From: an uncultured Gemmatimonas sp.
GTDB lineage: Bacteria > Gemmatimonadota > Gemmatimonadetes > Gemmatimonadales > Gemmatimonadaceae
Assembly: GCA_964526485.1 (NCBI GenBank)
Contig: CAZGIE010000003.1
Location: forward strand, 1 to 39,259
Reading direction: 5' to 3'
Length of the DNA: 39,259 nt
The notes beneath the pieces are model-generated. The model worked only from the letters and a program-made list of their open reading frames with translations, had not been told where the DNA came from and ran no database searches. How positions within the stretch are numbered: the stretch's first letter is position 1; each line of letters starts with the position of its first letter. A program made the translations under genes and the position numbers. This document shows positions 15,897 through 23,600 of this stretch, piece after piece.

Positions 15897-17006
15897 ATGC
15901 TCGTACCCGACGACCTGCTGCGCTTCATCCGCGCACATCATGACGACCCCACCCTGAGCGTCTACGTGGAGGCGGTGCCGACCGACCCCGCGAGCCGCCG
16001 CGCCTGGCGCGTGCACCTGAAGAAAGGCATCCATCTGGAGCGGAAGCGACTCGCCGAGGCCCCGCGCGAGGAGCGCGAGGCGTTCGAGCGCTGCGCCGAC
16101 GAGGTGCTCGCGCGGATCCCAGACGGGGACACCCCGCCGGCGACCTCGGGCTGGGCCTGCTTCTGCGCCGCCGACGGCGACGTCGTGGCCCGCGCGCTGC
16201 CCGAGATCCGTGCCAGCGAGGTCTCGTGGGGGCGCGGCGTCCGCGTCGTCCCCTACCTCCGCGTCGCGACGGAACCGAGTGCGCTCGTGGTCCTCCTGGA
16301 TCGTGAGCATGCCCGCATCGGCCGGTGGCACGACCTGTCCTTCGAACCGCTGGTCACGCTCACCGCGGAGCCCGTGGTCGGGATCGCCCCGCACACCTCG
16401 CGCCCGCCACAGCCCGGCTTCCACTCAGGAACACGCGGCGTCACCGGCGCGGACGAGGCGCAACGCATCCATCTGGAGATGATGGATCGCCTCCTGACGC
16501 AGGTCCGTCACAAGGTTCCGATCCTCGCGCATCCGCATGAGCCGATCCTCGTCGGCGGGGCGACGGAGGCGACGACGCTCCTGCTCCACAGCCTCACGCC
16601 GGCGCTGCGGAATCGCTGTCAGGTGGTGCCGGGCGCGCGACTCGACAGCGAGGGCGGCACCCTCGCCGCGGCGCTGCAGGCTGCGATGGCGGAGCGGACC
16701 TCGTCGCAACGCGAGCAGCGGATCGCGAGCCTGCGCGAGGAGGCGCACCCGAACGGCCGCGCCGCGATCGGCCTCGGGCCCGCTCAGGCCGCCGCCACCT
16801 TCGGGGCGCTCGCGGAGTTGATCTTCTCCGAGCGAGCGTGGCAGGAGCACCCGGAGGCGATCGAACAGCTCGTCGAACACGCGCTGCTGAGCGGCGCGGC
16901 GGTGCAGATGGATCGCGCCCCCGGCGCGGTGCTCGACGGGGATACCGACGGCGTCATCGCCGGTCTCCGCTTCCCGATCCCCTCGCTCGTCCCCTCCTCC
17001 CGTTGA
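15897..17006 (+). CDS. Bacterial aeRF1/pelota-like protein (baeRF family, Balon-like), no GGQ
   Basis: 369 aa with TLSVYV N-terminal strand, P-x-L...ALVVLLDREHARI, ILVGG, GRAAIG and C-terminal GLRF, the typical baeRF layout. Recognised from motifs only. Confidence 0.7.
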   Translation: MLVPDDLLRFIRAHHDDPTLSVYVEAVPTDPASRRAWRVHLKKGIHLERKRLAEAPREEREAFERCADEVLARIPDGDTPPATSGWACFCAADGDVVARALPEIRASEVSWGRGVRVVPYLRVATEPSALVVLLDREHARIGRWHDLSFEPLVTLTAEPVVGIAPHTSRPPQPGFHSGTRGVTGADEAQRIHLEMMDRLLTQVRHKVPILAHPHEPILVGGATEATTLLLHSLTPALRNRCQVVPGARLDSEGGTLAAALQAAMAERTSSQREQRIASLREEAHPNGRAAIGLGPAQAAATFGALAELIFSERAWQEHPEAIEQLVEHALLSGAAVQMDRAPGAVLDGDTDGVIAGLRFPIPSLVPSSR

Positions 17007-17028
17007 CGCCCCTCCCCCGAGGTCCCCG

Positions 17029-17493
17029 ATGGTCAAGCTCCGCGAGATCATGACAGCGCCCGTCGTCACCTTCGACCCCGACATCAGCATCCGCGAGGCC
17101 GCCGAGGTCCTCGTGGCGGAGGGGGTCGGCGGCGCCCCGGTGATGCTGCACGGGCAGCTGGTCGGGATGGTCAGTGCGAGCGACCTCCTCGACTTCATGG
17201 CGGGGTTGCCCGCGGAGCCTGACGAGGTGCGCGACCGCACGGCTCGTGGGATCCTCGACGACCATACCGTGGAGGAGGCGATGACCCGTTCACCGCTGCG
17301 CACCGTGCCCCCGGAGCTTCCGGTGCCGGCGGCGGCGGAGATCATGAGCCGGGACGGCTTGCATCGGCTCCCCGTCCTCGAGGGAGAGCGCCTCGTCGGG
17401 ATCGTCTCGACCTCCGATGTCGTGAGCGCCCTCGCCGCCCGTCGGGTCGAGCGGAAGGTGCTCGTCTTCCCGCGCCGATCGCGCACCGACTGA
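17029..17493 (+). CDS. CBS domain pair protein
   Basis: Two CBS repeats: REIMT...GGAPV...LVGMVSASDL and EEAMT...HRLPV...LVGIVSTSDV. GAGG RBS. Confidence 0.92.
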   Translation: MVKLREIMTAPVVTFDPDISIREAAEVLVAEGVGGAPVMLHGQLVGMVSASDLLDFMAGLPAEPDEVRDRTARGILDDHTVEEAMTRSPLRTVPPELPVPAAAEIMSRDGLHRLPVLEGERLVGIVSTSDVVSALAARRVERKVLVFPRRSRTD

Positions 17494-17499
17494 CCCCGC

Positions 17500-17527
17500 T
17501 TGTTAACAGCCCCGTACGCGCTAGCGT
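17500..17527 (+). promoter_or_regulatory. Putative leaderless promoter of the GGT-family gene
   Basis: TTGTTA, 16 nt, TAGCGT, then 7 nt to the ATG at 17535. No Shine-Dalgarno. Confidence 0.45.
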
Positions 17528-17534
17528 TCGGGGT

Positions 17535-19358
17535 ATGCGCCCCGTTCCTCGCCGTTCCGACTCCCTCCGGCGCCCGACGCGGTCGATCACGGCCCGCGCG
17601 CGTGGCCCCCTCGCCCTCCTGCTGCTCGTCGCCGCCGGCTGCCAGCCTGCGGCGGGGCCCGCCCCCGCCGCGATCGCCGCGATGAGCGGCAAACGCGCCG
17701 AGGGCGCACAGGGGATGGTGGCGGCCTCGCAGCCCGACGCGGCGGCGGCCGGCGTGGAGATCCTGCGGGCCGGCGGGAATGCGGCCGATGCGGCGGTGGC
17801 CACCGCCTTCGCGCTCTCCGTCACCGACGTATCGCAGACGGGACTCGGCGGCGGCGGCGCGCTCACGTACTACGACGCCTCCGCCGGACTCGCGGCGCAC
17901 CTCTCGTTCTATCCGCGCACCGGCGCCGATTCCCTCTGGGGGGTGCAGGACACGACGCCGGCGGGTCGGCGGGCCGGACGGTCGGCGGCGATTCCCGGGA
18001 TGGTCGCCGGGCTGCTGGAGACGCATCGCCGCTTCGGCGTGCTGCCGCTCGGGCGGGTGATGGCCCCGGCGATCCGGCTCGCCCGCGACGGGTTCATCGT
18101 CACCCCGCTCCTCGCGCGGACGATCGCGAGCGCGCGCACGAAGCTCCTGGAGGACCCCGCCGCCGCCGCGCGCTTCCTGCCCGGCGGCGAGCCGCTGCTG
18201 CCCGGCGAGCGGCTCGTCCAGCCCGAGCTCGCGGCGACGCTGGAGCGGATCGCGATGGACGGGCGTGACGCCTTCTATCGTGGCAGCATCGCCGACCGCC
18301 TCTCCGCGGCGGTGCGCGCGCGCGGCGGCCTCATCACCGTGCGCGATGTCGAGGCCTACACGCTGACGTCGCCGGCACCGGTCTGCCTGCCGTGGCAGGG
18401 GCTGACGATCCTCTCGGCGCCACCGCCGACGGGAGGGGTGCCGGTGGTGCAGATGCTGGCGATGGCCGACGCCGTGGGGCTCACGCGCGCCGGCGGCTTC
18501 ACGGAAGACGGGGACGCCGTCGCGACGATGGCGGGGATCATCCGCGCCGCGAACGCCGATGCCGTGTGGACCGGCGACCCGAGCGTGATGCCGGTGCCGA
18601 TCCGCGGGCTCGTCAGCCCGACCTACGCGCGACTGCGGGCGCGCGGTCTCCCCGTGGCCGCGGGCGACACCGTGCGGGCGGGGGATCCGTGGGCCTTCGA
18701 AGCCGATGCCGCCCCGGCCGCGTGCGCCGCGTATCCGACGCCGGTCGCGACACGGCCGGCATCGGCCGCGCCGACCGAGTCGCCCGAGCCGGCGGCGGAC
18801 ACCCCGCTCGCCGCCTACGCCGGGAGCCACACGTCGCACCTCGCGGTGGTCGATGCGGCGGGGAACGCCGTCTCGGCGACGACGACCGTCGGTGTCCTGT
18901 TCGGCTCCGGGGTCTACACGAGCGGCTTCTTCCTGAACTCCTCCGGCGCGAACCTCACGGCCCGCACGCGTGGCCCGAACCGGTTCACGAACTCGACGAT
19001 CGCCCCGACCCTGATCCTCGATGGGCGCGCGGTCCGTCTCGTCGTCGGGGCGGCGGGCTCACAGTACATCCAGCCCGCGGTCGCGCAGGTGACGCTGCGG
19101 ATGCTCGCCTTCGGCGAGGATCCGGCGACGGCCCTCGCCGGCCCGCGCATCCTCTCCTCGGCGACGCGGCGGGAGGTGGAGGTGGAGCCCGGGTTCGGGA
19201 GCGAGGTGTACGCGACGTTGATCGCGCGTGGCTTCAAGCCGGTGAGCCGCGTCGCCGACATCCAGTTCGGCGGCGTCCACGCGATCATGGTGCGTCCCGA
19301 CGGTCGGCGCGTCGGCGCCGCGGATCCGCGCCGCGACGGCGTCGCGATCGCGCAGTAA
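17535..19358 (+). CDS. Gamma-glutamyltransferase-family Ntn hydrolase (atypical), probable lipoprotein
   Basis: GGNAADAAVA, GLGGGG, AIPGMVAG, PAIRLARDGF, nucleophile HTSHLAVVDAAGNAVS and C-terminal GAADPRRDG. Lipobox LVAAGC. Confidence 0.88.
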   Translation: MRPVPRRSDSLRRPTRSITARARGPLALLLLVAAGCQPAAGPAPAAIAAMSGKRAEGAQGMVAASQPDAAAAGVEILRAGGNAADAAVATAFALSVTDVSQTGLGGGGALTYYDASAGLAAHLSFYPRTGADSLWGVQDTTPAGRRAGRSAAIPGMVAGLLETHRRFGVLPLGRVMAPAIRLARDGFIVTPLLARTIASARTKLLEDPAAAARFLPGGEPLLPGERLVQPELAATLERIAMDGRDAFYRGSIADRLSAAVRARGGLITVRDVEAYTLTSPAPVCLPWQGLTILSAPPPTGGVPVVQMLAMADAVGLTRAGGFTEDGDAVATMAGIIRAANADAVWTGDPSVMPVPIRGLVSPTYARLRARGLPVAAGDTVRAGDPWAFEADAAPAACAAYPTPVATRPASAAPTESPEPAADTPLAAYAGSHTSHLAVVDAAGNAVSATTTVGVLFGSGVYTSGFFLNSSGANLTARTRGPNRFTNSTIAPTLILDGRAVRLVVGAAGSQYIQPAVAQVTLRMLAFGEDPATALAGPRILSSATRREVEVEPGFGSEVYATLIARGFKPVSRVADIQFGGVHAIMVRPDGRRVGAADPRRDGVAIAQ

Positions 19359-19362
19359 GGGC

Positions 19363-19399
19363 CGCCGGCGCCGGTGCATCGACCGCGCCGGCACCGGCG
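19363..19399. terminator. Hairpin between convergent genes
   Basis: About 15-bp GC stem CGCCGGCGCCGGTGC / GCGCCGGCACCGGCG with a 7-nt loop and no U-tract. Confidence 0.45.
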
Positions 19400-19411
19400 C
19401 ACGTCAGGGCA

Positions 19412-20239
19412 TCAGTCGACCAACCGGCGCGTCCCCTTCCGCAGCGGCATCGTCAGCAGCGCCCCCACGGTCGCGTGCTCGGCGTCCGCCAGATGCGTGT
19501 CGATGCCGTAGGTGAGCTGCGCGCGATCGAGCGTACGGAAGGTCCCGAAGAGCCGATCCCAGACCGAGAACAGGTTGCCGTAATTCGAGTCGGTGTGCGG
19601 CAGCACATAGTGATGGTGCACCTTGTGCATATCGGGCGAAACGAGGACCCAGCTGATCGCCCGGTCCAGCGCCGCCGGGAGCGCGATATTCGCGTGGTTG
19701 AACTGGCTGAGCACCACGCTCAACGACTGATACAGGAAGACCATCCACATCGGCGCGCCGGTCAGGATGACGGCGGCGAGGGTGAAGCCGAAGCGGACGA
19801 CGCTCTCGCCGGGATGGTGCCGGTTGGCCGTCGTCGTATCCACCTGCCGGTCCGAATGGTGGACGAGATGCAGCCGCCAGAGCACCGGCGTCTTGTGCTG
19901 CACCCAGTGCGCGAGCCACGCCGACACGAGATCGAGGACGAGGAGGCCGACGAGCAGCTGCCCCGCCACCGGGAGGCCGGGCCAGAGGAAGAGGACGCCC
20001 AGCTCACGCGCCACCGCCCACTCCGACGCGCGCAGGAGGAGGAAGGCGAGCACGAAATTCACGACGATCGTCGTGCCCGTGAAGAAGAGGTTCACGAGCG
20101 CGTGCCGGCCCTTGCGGTAGTCGAACCGGATGAGCGGCTCCGCGGTCTCCCAGAGCCAGAAGAGGGCGATCCCTCCCGCGAGGATGAGCGCGCGGTGGCT
20201 CGAGGGGATTCCGGCGAAGTAGGCGATCAGGCTGTCCAT
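19412..20239 (-). CDS. Sterol desaturase / fatty acid hydroxylase superfamily membrane enzyme
   Basis: His boxes HWVQH, HLVHH, FNHAN and HKVHH, plus NYG...WDRLFGT and hydrophobic segments. Confidence 0.92.
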   Translation of the reverse strand: MDSLIAYFAGIPSSHRALILAGGIALFWLWETAEPLIRFDYRKGRHALVNLFFTGTTIVVNFVLAFLLLRASEWAVARELGVLFLWPGLPVAGQLLVGLLVLDLVSAWLAHWVQHKTPVLWRLHLVHHSDRQVDTTTANRHHPGESVVRFGFTLAAVILTGAPMWMVFLYQSLSVVLSQFNHANIALPAALDRAISWVLVSPDMHKVHHHYVLPHTDSNYGNLFSVWDRLFGTFRTLDRAQLTYGIDTHLADAEHATVGALLTMPLRKGTRRLVD

Positions 20240-20279
20240 GGCGGAGGCGGGGGGAGCGGCGTGGGGGGTGCGGCGGCGC

Positions 20280-22319
20280 TCAGGGCACCGGCGGCTTCGG
20301 GAGCAACTTCGCGGCCCAGAGCCCGGAATTGAAGTCGGTGAACAGGACGCGTCCCTTCCACGGCATCGCGTTCATGACGAACGGCGCGTTGGGCGTGTAG
20401 GCATCGGGGTCGTACGGCTTGAAGACCGCGATCTCCCGGTTCTGGTCATAGAGATTGCCGAGGAGCTCACCTGACACGTCGACGACCCGCACACCGCCGT
20501 CGTAGTACGCCTGATAGAGGACATCATCCTCGACGATGATGTCGTGAGCGCCGTAATCCTCGAGGTGATAGCGCCCGACGGCCATCGGCCGCATCGGGTC
20601 GGTGAAGTCGACGATGTGCGTGTAGCCGCCGGAGGTCTGCGCGATGCCGTTCCGCGGCGGCTTCCCGTCGGGGCCCGAGAGCGAGTAGCCCGTCCCCTCC
20701 CAGGTGCGGCCGCGCCGGCTCATCTCCTCGTCGCCGATGAAGAGGTAGGTCCGGCCCGTCCGCTGCTGCACGTACGGGTAGATCTCGTGCCCCGAGTTCA
20801 CCGGGTAGGTGGTGATCAGCTTCGGCCGCTCGATGGTGCCGCCGTACTTCCCGTTCCCCACGTCGACCACCACCACCCCCACCCCACCCTGCGCCGAGTA
20901 GGCGATACCGTCCCGGACCCAGAGGTCGTGCAGCCGCGCATTGGGGTGGCGGTACTCGCTGACGTACCGCGGCTTGTAGATGTCCTTCACGTCGATGATG
21001 ACGTACTTCGCGCCGCCGGACACCGCGAAGAGATGGTCGTTCGTGGCGAACATGTTGTGCACGCCGCCCGTCAATTCTTCCGTGAAGGTGCTGGCGATCT
21101 TCGGGTGGGCCGGATCGGCGAGGTCGAGGATCACGACGCCGTTCTGACGGTTCGAGGCCCCCTCGCGCGACAGCACGCCGTAGCGCCCGTCGGGGGAGAC
21201 CGTCACGTCGTTGATCGTCCGGGCATCGACCTTGACCGAATCGGTCTTCACGATCCGGTCCATATCGGTGATGTCGAACACGAGCGCGTAGCCGTCCCCG
21301 CCCCAGGTGCCGACCAGCACGTAGTCGCGCCCGTCGCGCCCGGTCCAGGGCCAGAGGTCGGAGGTGTGGCTGTTGGTGATGCTCCCGCGGCTGGTCACCT
21401 GGATGCGCTGCCGCACGTCGCGCGGGACGACCTGCAGCGTCGTCTGCGCGGTGACCCCCGCGGCCTGCGCGAGGAGGGTGTACCGCCCCGGGTAGTTGGC
21501 GGCGAAGCGCCCGAACTGCACGATCCCCGCGCCGCCCGGGAGCCCGGCGGGCGCGATGGAATCATCCGGCGTGTAGGTGTAGCTCCAGGTGATCGGCGCG
21601 TCGGCGACGACGCTTCCATTCGCCCGCTTGGCCTGCGCGGTGAGCCGGACCACGTCGCCGGTGCGCACCTGCGCCTCGGCCACGGTGATCTCGAGCCGCG
21701 CGATCGGGTTCGCGACGACCGTCAGCGCGAGGCGCGCGGTCGCCCCCTCCGCCGTCGCGGTGATCGTCGTCGCGCCGGGCGCGACGGCGGTCACGTCGCC
21801 GAAGCGATTCACCGTCGCCACACGGGGGTTCGCGCTCGTCCAGGTGGTGAGGAGGTTCGGCCGCTCGGAGCCGTCCGCGTGCGCCCCCTTCGCCCGGAGC
21901 GGCACGGTGAGGCCGGCGTAGAGCGGTCCCGCCGGCCCGGCGACGGTGAGGGTCGCGAGCGCCGGCCAGGTGACCGTCACGGGGATCGCGAGCGTCACCG
22001 CGCGCCCTTCCGCCCCCTGCGCGGTGGCGGTCGCCTCGAAGCGGCCCGCCGCCGTCGCCGTGACGGTGGTGTCGGTGAACCGCACCGCCCGGGTGCCCGC
22101 CGTCACGCGCACGAACGGGTTCGCGATCTCACGGCCGTCGGCGGCGTAGGCGCGCACCCGGAACGCCGTGGATTCCCCCGCCTTGAGGACAATCGCCGCG
22201 GGCTCCGCGACGAGCCGGGCGACCGGCGGATCCCCAGCGCCCTGCGCGCGGAGGGCGGTCGGCAGCGACAGGAGGAGGGCGGCGGTGACGCCGAGGCGGC
22301 GCACGGTTAGACTCTGCAT
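20280..22319 (-). CDS. Secreted protein with Ig-like (Big_2) domains and an LVIVD-repeat propeller
   Basis: Signal peptide. WTSANPRVATV is Big_2-like. Repeats VVILDLADPAHP, IIDVKD, VVVDV, IVDFTDP and YYDGGVRVVDVS. Confidence 0.85.
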   Translation of the reverse strand: MQSLTVRRLGVTAALLLSLPTALRAQGAGDPPVARLVAEPAAIVLKAGESTAFRVRAYAADGREIANPFVRVTAGTRAVRFTDTTVTATAAGRFEATATAQGAEGRAVTLAIPVTVTWPALATLTVAGPAGPLYAGLTVPLRAKGAHADGSERPNLLTTWTSANPRVATVNRFGDVTAVAPGATTITATAEGATARLALTVVANPIARLEITVAEAQVRTGDVVRLTAQAKRANGSVVADAPITWSYTYTPDDSIAPAGLPGGAGIVQFGRFAANYPGRYTLLAQAAGVTAQTTLQVVPRDVRQRIQVTSRGSITNSHTSDLWPWTGRDGRDYVLVGTWGGDGYALVFDITDMDRIVKTDSVKVDARTINDVTVSPDGRYGVLSREGASNRQNGVVILDLADPAHPKIASTFTEELTGGVHNMFATNDHLFAVSGGAKYVIIDVKDIYKPRYVSEYRHPNARLHDLWVRDGIAYSAQGGVGVVVVDVGNGKYGGTIERPKLITTYPVNSGHEIYPYVQQRTGRTYLFIGDEEMSRRGRTWEGTGYSLSGPDGKPPRNGIAQTSGGYTHIVDFTDPMRPMAVGRYHLEDYGAHDIIVEDDVLYQAYYDGGVRVVDVSGELLGNLYDQNREIAVFKPYDPDAYTPNAPFVMNAMPWKGRVLFTDFNSGLWAAKLLPKPPVP

Positions 22320-22366
22320 CGTCGGAGCGGGTCGAGGGTCGAGGACGCCTTCAGTCGGAGGGGACG

Positions 22367-23587
22367 ATGCAGGTCAGACGCAGCGCACGCAATGCCATCG
22401 GCACACTCGGGGTCGCCCTCGCCCTCCCCGCCCTCCTGCCGCTCGGGGCCCAGGCGCCCGCGAGCCCCACCTACCACGTCTACGCCGGCGCCGAGAGCGC
22501 GGACAAGATCTATCGCATCCGGTTCGACGGGCGAAGCGCCGTCGTCGAGCGCGAGATCCCGATCGGCGAGCTCCCCGCGGAGATGGAGGGACCGCACGGC
22601 CTCGCGATCTCCGCCGACGGGCGCTTCCTGCACATGACGACGGGACACGGCTTTCCCGACGGCAAGTATTGGCAGTTCGTCCTCGGCCCCGACACGCTCG
22701 CGGGTCCCGGGGTCCTCCTCGGCACCTTCCCCGCCTCGATCGACGCGACCCCGGACGGCCGCTACACCTACTCGGTGAACTTCAACCTCCACGGCGACAT
22801 GGTCCCGTCGTCCGTCTCCGTGGTGCACGTCCCCAACCTCGCCGAGGTCGCGCGCATCGTGACCTGCACGATGCCGCACGGCAGCCGCCTCTCCCCCGAC
22901 GGGCGCTTCCACTACAGCGCCTGCATGATGGATGACGAGCTCGTCGAGATCGACACCCGCACCCAGCAGGTGTCGCGGCGGTTCCTCCTGGCGCGCGGCC
23001 GCGAGGGCGCCCTCCCGGCCGACGGGGGCGAGATGCTCCGGATGTGGATCGAGGGCGCCCGCCGCGTCTCGAACGGGCGCACCGCCGACCCCGCCGAGGT
23101 CGGCTACCCGGCGATGGCCGGGCACCAGCACGCGATGACCCCCGCGACCTGTTCGCCGACGTGGGCGCAACCCTCCGCCGACGGCGCGCGCATCTACGTC
23201 GCGTGCAACAAGGGGGACGAGATCCTCGAGATCGACCACGCGACGTGGGCCGTCACGCGCCGCCTCGCGACGGGGCGCGGCCCGTACAACCTCGGCGTGA
23301 CCCCCGACGGGACGTTGCTCGTCGCGAGCCTCAAGCAGGGGTCGCAGATCGAGCTCTTCGACCTCGCGAGCGGCCGCTCGGTGGCGCGCCTCCCCGCGAG
23401 CACCACGCTCGCCCACGGCGTCGCGATGTCGTCCGACTCGCGCTACGCCTTCGTGACGAGCGAGGGCGTCGGTGCCGCCCCGGGCAAGGTGGACGTGATC
23501 GACCTCCGCGCGCGCGCGAAGGTCGGCACCGTCGACATCGGCCCGCAGGCGAGCGGCATCGCGTTCTGGAAGGTGACGCCGCCCTGA
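22367..23587 (+). CDS. Secreted YncE/YVTN-type beta-propeller protein
   Basis: Signal peptide and GGAGG RBS. Repeats GPHGLAISADG, PHGSRLSPDG, GPYNLGVTPDG and AHGVAMSSD. Confidence 0.88.
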   Translation: MQVRRSARNAIGTLGVALALPALLPLGAQAPASPTYHVYAGAESADKIYRIRFDGRSAVVEREIPIGELPAEMEGPHGLAISADGRFLHMTTGHGFPDGKYWQFVLGPDTLAGPGVLLGTFPASIDATPDGRYTYSVNFNLHGDMVPSSVSVVHVPNLAEVARIVTCTMPHGSRLSPDGRFHYSACMMDDELVEIDTRTQQVSRRFLLARGREGALPADGGEMLRMWIEGARRVSNGRTADPAEVGYPAMAGHQHAMTPATCSPTWAQPSADGARIYVACNKGDEILEIDHATWAVTRRLATGRGPYNLGVTPDGTLLVASLKQGSQIELFDLASGRSVARLPASTTLAHGVAMSSDSRYAFVTSEGVGAAPGKVDVIDLRARAKVGTVDIGPQASGIAFWKVTPP

Positions 23588-23600
23588 GGCGGCGCCCCGG

